Positions 53,047-63,785 of a stretch of 64,000 nt of DNA are shown here, piece by piece. A model generated the notes under the pieces. That model worked only from the letters and a program-made list of their open reading frames with translations. It did no database searches and was not told the origin of the DNA. Source of the stretch: Calditrichia bacterium (GTDB taxonomy: Bacteria > Calditrichota > Calditrichia > JAJRVZ01); the NCBI GenBank assembly GCA_963777955.1, contig CAVZSQ010000001.1, positions 122,675 through 186,674 of the forward strand, written 5' to 3'. Both the position numbers and the translations under genes were made by a program. Every line of letters begins with the position of its first letter. The first letter of the stretch is position 1.

Positions 53047-54792
53047 TCATTTTCTTCTTTCACCGACTTGCTGGCGCCACATGGCGTAATATAAACCCTT
53101 TTCTGACAGTAGTTTTTCGTGCGACCCGGTTTCAATAATTTCACCTTTCTCCAATACATAGATCACATCAGCATGCATAATGGTTGATAAGCGATGCGCA
53201 ATTAATATAGTAATTTGCTCTTTATATTTAGATATATTTCTGATTGTACTGGTTATATCTTCTTCGGTTAAGGAATCAAGTGAAGAAGTCGCTTCATCAA
53301 AAATCAACAGGCGGGGATGACGCAATAAAGCCCGGGCAATAGAAATGCGTTGTTTTTCACCACCCGATAATTTCATACCCCCTTCGCCTATAACCGTATC
53401 CATTCCTTTTAACGAGTTATTCAGCAATTGTTCGCAGGAAGCTTTATGTAAAGCATTTATGATCTGATCATCCGTAGCATCGGGCTGTACAAATAACAGG
53501 TTTGCTTTTATGCTACCGGCGAATAACTGGGTGTCCTGCGTTACAAATCCGATCTGCCGGCGCAATTCGTTGTACCTGATAACGGTGGAAGGGTGTTCAT
53601 TGAAACAGATTACACCCTGAACAGGCCGGTACAGACCGACTAATAATTTCACCAGAGTGGATTTGCCTGAACCTGAAGGTCCGACGAAGGCGATGGTTTC
53701 TCCGGCCTGTACCCGGAATGATATTTTGTCTATGGCATTTAACGTTGCCGTTTTGTGCCGGAAAACAACATCCTGAAAGCGGATTGTCTGCAACTCGCCG
53801 ATCTCTGCAGGATTATCAGGTCTTCGTTCTATAGGTCTGCTCAGCAAATGATCAAAGTTACTGATCGATGCTTCTACCTCCCGGTAACTCAGAATGATGC
53901 TGCCCAAATCCTGCAGCGGCATGAATATCGAAGTGGAAATGAATTGCATCGCTATCAGTTCCCCGGTCGTTAAGATTTTCCTGAAGATAAGCCACAGCAG
54001 AATAAATAAGATGGACTGTCTTAGAATGCTCAGCATGGTGCCCTGCAGGAAGGTCAGGGTACGCACCTTTTTCACTTTCTCCATTTCCAGGCTGAATATT
54101 TTCAGCGTCTGTTCCTTTAAACGTTTTATCTCCGCGAAGGTAAGTCCCAGGCTTTTTACCAGTTCGATGTTCCTTAACGACTCGGTGATCACGCCGGCCA
54201 TCTGGTTGGTCTCGCGATTTATCGATCGTTGGGTGGTCTTGATTTTTTTACTGAGCAGGCCGGTCAGCGACCCTAAAACCAGAATACCAATCAGAAAAAC
54301 CGGAATGAGCATCCAGTTTTTTGTAACCGAATACCAGATCAAAAAACCGATCCCGATCAGTGATGAAAATAAGATGTTGATGAAAGAGTTTATAAATTGT
54401 TGTGTGTCGTTTTTTACTTTTTGCAGTACCGAAAGCGTTTCGCCGCTGCGCATTTCTTCAAACTCCTGGAAGGATAAACGCAGTGTTTGTCTTAAGCCGT
54501 CATTGAATATTTGCATACCAAACTTCTGCACCGCCAGCCGGGAAAAGTATTCCTGGAAGGATCTGGTCACCCGGGCCAGCAAGGCAATGCTGACAGCAAT
54601 CCCCAGCCAGAATAATACTCCCCGAACCAGTTCTGTTTCGCTGCGGCCGCCGGGATTTATGGCATAATCATCTATAATCTTGCCGAAAATCAGCGGATCC
54701 ACCAGGCTTAGTAACTGGCTGATACCGGCCAGGGAGAGAGCAAGAACAATCAGTCCCTGCTGCGGCTTTAAATACTTCCAAAGAATTTTCAT
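53047..54792 (-). CDS. ABC transporter, fused permease/ATPase (type IV exporter)
   Basis: N-terminal TMD, GPSGSGKST, LSGGEKQR, IFDEATS, IAHRLST. Confidence 0.95.
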   Translation of the reverse strand: MKILWKYLKPQQGLIVLALSLAGISQLLSLVDPLIFGKIIDDYAINPGGRSETELVRGVLFWLGIAVSIALLARVTRSFQEYFSRLAVQKFGMQIFNDGLRQTLRLSFQEFEEMRSGETLSVLQKVKNDTQQFINSFINILFSSLIGIGFLIWYSVTKNWMLIPVFLIGILVLGSLTGLLSKKIKTTQRSINRETNQMAGVITESLRNIELVKSLGLTFAEIKRLKEQTLKIFSLEMEKVKKVRTLTFLQGTMLSILRQSILFILLWLIFRKILTTGELIAMQFISTSIFMPLQDLGSIILSYREVEASISNFDHLLSRPIERRPDNPAEIGELQTIRFQDVVFRHKTATLNAIDKISFRVQAGETIAFVGPSGSGKSTLVKLLVGLYRPVQGVICFNEHPSTVIRYNELRRQIGFVTQDTQLFAGSIKANLLFVQPDATDDQIINALHKASCEQLLNNSLKGMDTVIGEGGMKLSGGEKQRISIARALLRHPRLLIFDEATSSLDSLTEEDITSTIRNISKYKEQITILIAHRLSTIMHADVIYVLEKGEIIETGSHEKLLSEKGLYYAMWRQQVGERRK

Positions 54793-54841
54793 AAAGTTTC
54801 CGGAGGAAAAAAGTAAGTTTTTCCAGGCATCTTCTGTCCGT

Positions 54842-55028
54842 TCAGATTTTATTTTTGAAAAGCCGTATTACTTCTTTATTAAACCGGTCCGATTCTTCAA
54901 AATTGACAAAATGTCCACAACCTTCGATCAACACCAATTCCTTAGCCGGGGCGGAGATTGCGGAGTAATACTTTTCGACGAGTTGAGCCGGTATATTAAA
55001 GTCCTGTGATCCGCAGATGAAATAATCT
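54842..55028 (-). pseudogene. 3' remnant of an alpha/beta hydrolase
   Basis: YFICGSQDFNIP (Asp), APAKELVLIEGCGHFVNFEE (His); begins at the stop of the upstream gene. Confidence 0.75.
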
Positions 55029-55584
55029 TTAAACGGGCTGGTAGCAGAGCAGTACAACCCCGCTTTTGAATGTTCTGGTCATGGAGAGTTTGAGATCGAC
55101 CTTATGCCTGAGGCCATTGAATATCGGGGTGCCGCTGCCTAAAACCACCGGATCCACCATGATCTGATATTCGTCGATCAAACCATGTTCGGTAAACTGC
55201 GTTAGAATGCTTCCGCTGCCCAGCAGGGTCATATCCTTACCGGACACCTGCTTCAGTTTTTTTATTTCGGCAAAGATATTGTGTTTGATCAGCCTGGTAT
55301 TGTTCCATTCGGCCTTTTTCAACTGTCCGGGAAAAGACAATTTTTTCGACTGTATTCATGCCGGCGGCAACGACCGGATCATTTTTAAGGGCCATTGGAT
55401 TCGGCCAGTAACTGGCCATCAACTGATAAGTAACACGGCCAAAAAGAAGAATGCTGCCGGAACGCAGGCCTGCGGCCGCGTATTCATTTTCTTCGGTCCC
55501 ATGCCTGTGCCAACTGATATCTCCCTTTGGCCCTTTAAAATAACCGTTAAGTGTAATGAAAGTAAATGTGCTTAACTTACTCAT
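55029..55584 (-). CDS. Dihydrofolate reductase/RibD C-terminal family protein; frameshift near 55325
   Basis: ITLNGY, LFGRVTY, KIVFS, GSGS, LIDEY..DPVVLGSG. Confidence 0.9.
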
Positions 55585-55601
55585 TTATTAATCCTCACTG
55601 T

Positions 55602-55668
55602 TTACCAGTTACTAATTACCAGTTACCAATTACAAATAGGTAATTAGTAATTAGTAATTGGTAATTAT
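55602..55668. repeat. Inverted heptamer arrays forming an imperfect hairpin
   Basis: ttaccag ttactaa ttaccag ttaccaa ttacaaa, then taggtaa ttagtaa ttagtaa ttggtaa. Confidence 0.8.
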
Positions 55669-56856
55669 TCACCTATGTTTTTCCATGATCCAGGTTCCCA
55701 GCATAAATGAACCAAAAGCTGCAAACGTGTTAATTTCTTTAGGCTGGCTGATATAATCCTTATAATTGTTTTGAATACCAATGCTGCTGCAATCAAACAA
55801 ATCGACAAAACCTTGCCGGTTAATTTTTGCCTTCTTAATAAGTCCGGCGTAAGCCTTTTCAACCACCGGAGTGTATTCTTCTGTATTTATATAGCCTCTG
55901 TCAATAGATTTTTTTATTAGATACAGAAACATTCCTGTGCCGGAAGTTTCATTCCAATTGTCCGGTTCAGAGTATTTATCGACTACCTGACACCACAGGC
56001 CGGTATTCGGATCCTGAGTTTGACGCAGACCTGCACAAAGTTTTTTATGGATGTTGATAATTTTTTCATACCCCGGATGGGTTTTTGGTAAATAATCAAA
56101 AACATCCGCAATGAGTACCGCATACCAGCCCAGGCCTTCGCTCCAGACTTCCGGAGCCAGACCGGTTGCTTTATCGGCCCAGCCGGCCTGTCTGCTTTCG
56201 TCCCAGCCATGCAGCAGCAGTCCGTTTTCTTTCTGGCAATGATCGGCAATCAGGGTCATTTGTCTTACAACTTCATCAAAAGCATTTGCACTATCACCAA
56301 TCACGCTTCCATACCGGGCCAGAAACATCTGTCCCATGAATACTCCATCGACCCAGGCCTGGTGGGATGCCCAATCTGCATGCCAGAACAGGCCATCGGA
56401 AGTACGGGGATAATTATTCAATCCAGCCCTGATTATCTTTGCGGCAGTTTTGTATTTTTCTTGACGGGTTTGTTCATATATGAATATTATGGCGTATCCG
56501 GGTAAAAAATTATCCAAAGCAGTGGGTTCAAAATCCGGAATATCGACCTGTTGGTCGACCTGTTCATCTACCTGCTGATCAACGTATCTCCTGATGTAAT
56601 GGAAGTACAGCGAATCACCGCTAGACCGCCACATTTTTTCCATGGCAAACATTATATATCCGGCCTGCCAGCTGAAATGATTTGCCTGATCCAGCCAATG
56701 AATGCTGTCCGGATCCGGTATCCGCTTAATAAAACTCCGGGCAGTATTTACTGACCATACAGGGTTTTCCTGTCGACCACTACAGTTTTGAAAAACCATT
56801 GCCGGAATGGCGATTAAAATAATCGCCAGATTTGTAAGGAGCAGAGATTTAGGCAT
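55669..56856 (-). CDS. GH105/GH88 unsaturated glycuronyl hydrolase
   Basis: LDN..PG, FWH..WVDGVFMG, LHGWDES, WSEGLGW, ETSGTGMF. Confidence 0.88.
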   Translation of the reverse strand: MPKSLLLTNLAIILIAIPAMVFQNCSGRQENPVWSVNTARSFIKRIPDPDSIHWLDQANHFSWQAGYIMFAMEKMWRSSGDSLYFHYIRRYVDQQVDEQVDQQVDIPDFEPTALDNFLPGYAIIFIYEQTRQEKYKTAAKIIRAGLNNYPRTSDGLFWHADWASHQAWVDGVFMGQMFLARYGSVIGDSANAFDEVVRQMTLIADHCQKENGLLLHGWDESRQAGWADKATGLAPEVWSEGLGWYAVLIADVFDYLPKTHPGYEKIINIHKKLCAGLRQTQDPNTGLWCQVVDKYSEPDNWNETSGTGMFLYLIKKSIDRGYINTEEYTPVVEKAYAGLIKKAKINRQGFVDLFDCSSIGIQNNYKDYISQPKEINTFAAFGSFMLGTWIMEKHR

Positions 56857-58087
56857 GTTTCTGAATCATTACCACGGTAAGATCATCAGACGCGGACTGG
56901 CCGGTCGTAAAGGATCTGACATCGTCCAATATGCTCTGAGTAGTGACTGAATTTAAAACAACATGATCGCGAAGTCGTATTTCTCCATACTGCTGCAATG
57001 ACGAATTCATCGCTTCGGTGATTCCATCCGAATAAAGGACCAGGCAGCTTCCCGGTGTCAGCTGCACGGTCTGTTCAGAGTACAAACCTTCCCGGAATCC
57101 CAGCGGCAGTCCACTGGCAGTTTCACAGAAACGGGCGCCCGTTGAATCCACCAGCAGAGGGTGCGGATGACCCGCATTGGCGAAAACGAGGTTGTTGTTT
57201 TTCGGATCAATAATGCCATACACCATTGTAACGAACCGGGCTGCCGGAAAATCTTTCAATAGTATATTGTTGACGCGGGACAGGACCTGGCCGGGGGGCA
57301 ATCCGGTCTCGGCGATAAGCCTGAGCACAGTTCGTGTAGATGACATTAACAAGGCAGCTCCCAGGCCTTTGCCTGAAACATCAGCCAATACGACTGCCAG
57401 GCGGCCGCCAGGCAGCGGAATGTAATCATACCAATCACCCCCTACTTCCTGACAGGGCAGGCACAGACCGGTTACTGTGAATGAAGGGAGCGCAGGGGCC
57501 TGACCGGGAAACAGTTCCAGTTGTATTCGCTGTGCTTCGTTCAACTCCTTGCTCATCCGTTCCTTTTCCAGGCGTTCCCGTTGAAACATCCGGGCGTTTT
57601 CTATTGCGGTGGCAATGTGCCCGGCCAGGGCTTCAAAGAGTTGAATACGGGCAGGTGAGAAGGCGTTAAACTCATTGTGTTGAGCATTAAACACTCCGAT
57701 GAGCCGTCCATGTGATTTTAACGGAATGTCAACTTCCGAACGGGTCAATTCCTCACTTACCTGGTAATAAGGGTCATTGGTCACATCCGGAGCGTAATAT
57801 GTCTCTCCGGTTGTCCCGACATGTCCGATTATTCCATACTCGCCGATCTTGAAACGATCGCCTTTCAGGTGGTAATTAATAGTCCAGCCCCGCACCGCAG
57901 CTATGACAAGTTCATTGGTCTGATCGTCCTGCAGTAAGACTGCCGACCGCGAGCAGCCGAATGTCTGGGCGACATCGCTGACAATATCTTCGAGCAGAGT
58001 ATCGAGATCCAGTGTCGAATTTATCCTTTGGGCAACACGCTGCAGCAGGAAAAGTTCCTGTATCAACTGGTCCCGGTCTTCGTTCAT
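56849..58087 (-). CDS. GAF + SpoIIE (PP2C, RsbU-like) phosphatase
   Basis: GAF domain; VGGDWYD, ADVSGKG, NAGH, YSDGITE, DDLT. Confidence 0.93.
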   Translation of the reverse strand: MNEDRDQLIQELFLLQRVAQRINSTLDLDTLLEDIVSDVAQTFGCSRSAVLLQDDQTNELVIAAVRGWTINYHLKGDRFKIGEYGIIGHVGTTGETYYAPDVTNDPYYQVSEELTRSEVDIPLKSHGRLIGVFNAQHNEFNAFSPARIQLFEALAGHIATAIENARMFQRERLEKERMSKELNEAQRIQLELFPGQAPALPSFTVTGLCLPCQEVGGDWYDYIPLPGGRLAVVLADVSGKGLGAALLMSSTRTVLRLIAETGLPPGQVLSRVNNILLKDFPAARFVTMVYGIIDPKNNNLVFANAGHPHPLLVDSTGARFCETASGLPLGFREGLYSEQTVQLTPGSCLVLYSDGITEAMNSSLQQYGEIRLRDHVVLNSVTTQSILDDVRSFTTGQSASDDLTVVMIQKHA

Positions 58088-58258
58088 CAGGTGTTACCTG
58101 AAAGTTCACCGGGGTCATTAAAACCATAAGCAATTGGCCATTTATTTACCAGGTATTCTTTCATCATTCTATAAACAATAAAAATGGTCAAAGGTATTCC
58201 TGACCTATGGAATTATACCGGGAAATTCTGTTTGCAGACAGTCCTGTGGAAAAGTTTA

Positions 58259-59340
58259 TTATAATTTTAAACATTCTTTTCGAATTAAATCAATCTCCCC
58301 CTTTGAAAAAGGGGTGCCATCCGGCCGGAAAATGTCGTGAAACCATATTGCAGGTTCTGATCCATCGATATGACTGCTGTCCGACCAGGCATAGACGGTA
58401 TTGGTTTTACCTTTGACCAATCCCCAATTGACCGCACCAACATTTTCTTTTTTGAGCAAAGGAAGTATTTTATTAAAAGTGCTCCCAAATATACGCGCCA
58501 TGTACTCAGTGCACAGCAGGGGACGGTTGTATGCCCGCAGGGTCGTCAATCATGACCTGCATGGAAGTATCTGATCCATAATGATGGAAAGTAATTATAT
58601 CTGAATTTTCCAGTTGGAATTCACTGAGATTTTTAAGTGCCGGATTCCAGATACCCGCTGTTAAAGGTTGTGCTGCTTTAGCATGGCGCGCCCAGGAGAA
58701 AACCTGCTTTAACAGCTTAAATGAAGCATCATCTTTATCCGAGTTTCCAGGCTCATTATACAGATCCCATAAAACAATCCGGTCATCATTGCCAAAAGAA
58801 TTCAGTATATCCCGGACATATTTTTCCAGGACTGGAAAATACGTCGTATCCGAACTTTCCTTTTGTCCCGGGTCCTGCAACCAGCCCGAATTATGAATTC
58901 CGGGTTTTGGTAAAGGCTGTTTACCCGTTGCACTCGTTCCGTTCCAGCAATCATCAAAAATAACAAATATGGTTTTTATGTTATGCTTGGCAGCGATGCT
59001 TAAATATTGTCCCATCCTGTTTTTAAATCCGGCCTTATCTTGTATCCAGGCTTTGTGATGCAGGAACACGCGCATGACATTAAATCCAATGGATTCGGCC
59101 AGACCGAGTTCGCGGTTAATTGTGGTTGTGTCAAATGTTTCCCCCTGCCACATTTCAAGTTGATTAATGGCTGTACTCGGGATAAAATTAGATCCCCTCA
59201 GCCATCCATTGATTACCAGCCAGTTGTTGGCGCGTTCTTCGCTCCAGCGTTGTTCATTATTTTTACCTGGCTGGCAACTACATAATAAAATTGTTACGGT
59301 CATTAAAAAACAGTTTAATAATTTAAGGTTTATATGTTTT
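58259..59340 (-). CDS. GH5-like glycoside hydrolase (lipoprotein); frameshift near 58545; start approximate
   Basis: NQLEMWQ, RVFLH, FDDCW, WDLYNEP (acid/base), ITFHHY, CTEYMAR (nucleophile), WFHDI. Confidence 0.85.
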
Positions 59341-59422
59341 AAACGTTTGGAAAGATTTGTGTACAGTGCACGATAGTGCAGAATGTTTTTGCATATGGCT
59401 TGTGTTCTAATCCGCAGCACAA

Positions 59423-60127
59423 TTATTCCGGCTTTTTTTCCAGGTAAATCCAGGTGATACAATCAAGGATTCTTTCAGGAATTTCCGTAGAATCTGCCTC
59501 AAAAAAGACTTGAATAATATAACTCGTGTTTCGTGGTAAAAAATACTTTTTCTGCACCTATCTGTTTTACGGTTATGGCGTATGGTTCAAATAATTTATT
59601 GAATCTTTGATTTAATTCAGAACTCATTAAAAAATCAGTAATTTCTTTATAAGAACTGATTTTATAATCCTCGCCATATTCTTTTATATAACTTTTTGTA
59701 ATATCGATTGCCAGGTCTCCGCTGGAAACCAGCCGGCCGATACTGATGCTCGACAAATAATCAAAATTATAATCTTTTTGAGCTTCAGGAAGTATCCTGG
59801 TCAACTCTTCTATGCGGGTGTTAAATAGTTTGCCTTTTTTATTATACTTATCGTAATGAGCATCAATTGCAACTTTTCCGTCATCTTTATTTTCGGAAAA
59901 TATGACCAGGTAATCGGACGTGTCTTTTCCGGTTATGACGAAATACCCCGTACTTCTTTTTAGATAAGCCGAACCGGCTATTTCGTTATAACATCTTTTT
60001 TCCAGACAATTGTATCCGGAATTGCGGTGACATGCTGCCTGTGATCGGTTTGGGATTTGTTATTATCCGGTTTTGCACAGGCGACTAGGATTAAAAAGAT
60101 TGTTATTATTAATGTCGATACTCTCAT
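59423..60127 (-). CDS. Hypothetical lipoprotein; frameshifted
   Basis: MRVSTLIITIFLILVAC lipobox; continuous coding with indels to CITWIYLEKKPE*. Confidence 0.7.
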
Positions 60128-60131
60128 GGTG

Positions 60132-61372
60132 CTAGTTGTCCTTTTTTTTTAATATAAACACCAAGGGTATAAGCAGACAAACAGAAAAAACCATGCAAAT
60201 CACATGGAACAATAATCCCGAATAATTTTCAGCCTTCTGTCAGTGTACATCCTTTTCCGATTTTCGAAATCCTTGACCAGCAAAGAAATGCGTCACCAAT
60301 GGGCAGTCAAACCAAATCCATAAAATTTACGATCCTGAAATGTGACAGGTAAACCTGCTGACTCCACCAAGCCAGACAAACCATTAGCCAGCGACACGTC
60401 GCCGGCCATGCGTGCTGTGCCTAATCCGACAATGGTCAGCTGCAGATCCGATTCCAAATAGTACCGGGCCAGAATCTATGTCGCCCGGCCGGAATAACCT
60501 TTAGGGAATTCCCGTATGAGCGGGTATTCCCAAAAAGGTCGTCACAAACTGACGCTGAAAATTGTTATAATGCGTACAGGCACGGCAAGAGTCGATTTCA
60601 AAGAGTAATCTGATTATTAGTGTTTGAGAACACCCGCGTGCCCCTTCATCAGGTACGCCGGTGTACGCATTAACTGAATGAGGTACCAGATCAGTTTGAG
60701 GATCCAAGCGCGTGTCGACACTGTCCAGCCAGGACGAGATTAGTGTAGCAAAGCGTGGTGTCAACAATCTGTCATGGAGTACTAATGAGGCAATTGCAGT
60801 AAAATTATCCGCTGGCCAACTCGCCGAAGCATAGGTTTTAAGATAAGGTGTGGTTGACTGACCGAAGCATTTCGCTATTCGTATACACGCAGTTACGAAA
60901 CTAGCTGAATCGATTACTCCATTAATCGGAAGTGCAGAATACAATTTTGCGCGTAAATAATTTGACCAGCCGGAATAGAAAATTCCAAATTCAGGACATA
61001 TGGCAGCAGCGGATTGAAACGCTTCCGTTCCTTCAGAAGATTCAATCTTGTCCAGGGCCCATTTCCCTTCCTGCAGCCAGTCAGATTGTAAAGAATCGGT
61101 AAGATAAGTCACGGAACCAATTTCTGCACAGTCAGTCGATAGAGTGCATTCATAAAGAGATATCCTTCCGGGAAAATCCTTTGCATGAATTCAGCTGCGC
61201 CACTGTGCATTTTCATCTTTAAATGTTTAAGTCGCGGGAGGGCCGCTTCGGTGTTTGAATAGTTATCAGTGATATTGCTGGAAGCGAACCTTCCATTCAT
61301 CACCAGGATTGGAATTATGATTGGCAGTACGACGACTCCATAAATGATCGCCGGATTGAATTTTCTATTCAT
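60132..61372 (-). CDS. Membrane-anchored protein resembling linalool dehydratase/isomerase-like (alpha/alpha barrel) family; many frameshifts
   Basis: FPEGYLF, GIFYSGW, SWPADN, LVPH..GARGCSQ, GDIDSGPVLFG, PIGDAFLCW reconstructed across frames. Confidence 0.55.
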
Positions 61373-62749
61373 TAAGCCGTTGCTGTTTAAGTCGACCATG
61401 ACCAAATCTATCAGATTCCATAGGAGAGGTATCTGGCTAATCTGCCAATTGTACGCATATGTCCATTTAGGCCAAGCCTCGACGTCATCTTGCCGAATTT
61501 TCTATATCCGAGATTGAATAAATTAATAAGGTACCCATTGTGTTCTATATTGTAGGTGTTCTTTTTATGATATTTCTGAGAGAATAAAATTCTTTTAGAT
61601 ATTTAGATAACCGTTTAAGAGATCAGCTGCTGTCATATTTTTAGGTTTATAGACGACTTTGGAAGTATTGTAATTCTGAAAATCCCTATCGATTATTCTT
61701 CCTTCCTTTTCCAGCCTGGCGTAAAGTTGGCCGGATAGGGAGAAAAGATATGAGTAGCATTGTCTCAAGTCGGTTTTGAACCAGCCAATTTAGAGTGTTT
61801 TCAGAAACATCCGGAAAGTCGTTATCAAATCCGAATACCATACTGGCATTTATCATAATTCCGCGATCGTGGATTTCTTCAATCGTTTGTTCATATTCTG
61901 ATACCGGTTTTGTTTTTTTCTGACCGCTGATAGTGATTGCGGATTAATTGATTCGAATCCAATGTACAAACTCCTGCACCCGGTTTCTCTCATTTTATCC
62001 AACTGCAACAGGTCTTTACCCACATCGGTCGATACTGCCGCATGCCAGGTCAGCTCCAGATGTTTTATGGAGTTCATGAATTCCTGCAGCCATAATTTAT
62101 CGCCAATAAAATTGTCTTCAAATAGCACATGCTTTGTTTCGATTCTGCTGATCTCGTGAATTATCGCATGAATCGGTCTCCGCCGAAATTTTTTATGCAT
62201 ATATTTACAATATTTCAGAATTCGCAGGTATACGGGCAGCCCCAACTTGTCGAAATCACATTGGTATAAGATACTTTTCCTTTGCAATCATTTCCCATTC
62301 GGTCGTGGAATTAACTCAGTTGGAAACTCATTGGGCGCAGAATAACGTCTTTTCAGATTTCCGTTCATAACATCTTTGAGAATCTCGGACCAGATTGGTT
62401 CAGCCTCGCCAACGCAGACAGCGTCAGCATAGTGTTCAGCAATTTCTGGAGCTGAACTCGGAAATATGCCGCCGAGAATAACAGGAGTCCCCGCTTTCTG
62501 AAAATTGACGCTGTGAATTTTTGCCCTTTCGAATGTATCGACATTACAGGTTATTCCGGCCAGATCTGCTTTATCATATTTATTCAGAGGAGCGATGTTT
62601 TCGTCAATTATTTCAACGTCATGTTCCTGCGGAGTCAATGCCGCTAAAACCAGGAGCGAAATAGACGGAGTCATCAGTCGTTTAAATTCAGAGTCCATCG
62701 GTCTTAAAGACATTCTTGGCGCAATCAGTTTAATGTTCAATCTTTTCAT
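61370..62749 (-). CDS. B12-binding radical SAM protein; many frameshifts; 3' end approximate
   Basis: LAALTP, IIDEN, ILGGIF, VGEAE, GCPYTCEF (third Cys disrupted by an indel), LYIGFES, FGFDND. Confidence 0.8.
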
Positions 62750-62862
62750 TCTACAGGTAAGTTTTAGTATTTTGTACTTTGAATTCAGATATAATTGCAG
62801 ATAACATACTCATGTGCCGGAACACATCACGCCGCATGCCGACATAATCCCGATCATATGAT

Positions 62863-63624
62863 TCACTTCACTACCGGACCAAGCAATGCTGCGAACGCCT
62901 GGCGGTTGATCTTTTTCTTGAGCGCGGCCACTTCGGCCCTGGGACCGCCTATGTTCAGTTCGATCGATTTCAATGGCGCGAATTTTGGGGCCGGCTTGTC
63001 CATGTTTATGGTTTCCGCCTCTTTGCCGGTTCGCGGCCCGAAGATCATGTGCAGCGCGACATTCTCATCGCCGGTCTGCCAGGAAAGAAATTCGGTGCTC
63101 TTCTCGATGTTGTAGGCGTCCTGGTCAGGTACATCCACAGTTTTCCCATCCTCAACGTTAACCAGGTATGGATGCGGCCTGAGCCAGACTGATAACTCAA
63201 TCTTGTTTTCCATAACGGACATCATTGCCTGGACGGCGGCCAGCGGGTCTTCGGTCTTGCTGGCCGGTTTGGACTGCGCTGCCTTGGCGTCGTAGCCAAA
63301 GAGCAGGCTGTTGTACGGATAGATCGGGAAGCAGCCTGACGGCCAGGACCCTCCCGTGGGCACCGCGCCGGTAATCTTCGTCTCAGCGACAAACGGCATA
63401 GTGCTGGCCTCTATTGCACCGTTGGGTATATACCGGGCCGCGTCGGGTACCGGCAGCAAATCTTTCACCGACAGGACCAATTCCTTGAAGGCCTTGACTT
63501 CGGCTGCAGTCAGCACCCTGCAGTCGGGACCAATCTCTGCACAGGGATTCTGGGCCAAGGCCGGATTGCAGAGCAGAGCCCCGAGAAGTGCCGCTGAAAG
63601 GATTGTCGATAAAAACTTTGTCAT
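62863..63624 (-). CDS. Secreted hypothetical protein, GC-richer than its neighbours
   Basis: Signal peptide ending ALA-Q; AGGAGG RBS; intact 253-aa ORF. Confidence 0.8.
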   Translation of the reverse strand: MTKFLSTILSAALLGALLCNPALAQNPCAEIGPDCRVLTAAEVKAFKELVLSVKDLLPVPDAARYIPNGAIEASTMPFVAETKITGAVPTGGSWPSGCFPIYPYNSLLFGYDAKAAQSKPASKTEDPLAAVQAMMSVMENKIELSVWLRPHPYLVNVEDGKTVDVPDQDAYNIEKSTEFLSWQTGDENVALHMIFGPRTGKEAETINMDKPAPKFAPLKSIELNIGGPRAEVAALKKKINRQAFAALLGPVVK

Positions 63625-63785
63625 CTGATTTCCTCCTGATTTCGTTGAAGTTCCCGTTGGTCTTGCTGCAAGATATACGTCACTTTGTTGGCGTCGAGTG
63701 CTCCAGATCTTACAAAGGGAGGCTCGAGAGCCACATTGGGTACCAACACAGAATCTATAGTCGAGTAATTTTGCTTAGTAATCGT

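Noticed and set aside
53894..54667. 257-aa plus-strand ORF
   Set aside because: Antisense shadow of the ABC transporter; no motifs.
59341..59462. N-terminal extension of the GH5-like ORF in the track
   Set aside because: Overlaps the true 3' end of the upstream lipoprotein gene (stop at 59423) and precedes the signal peptide.
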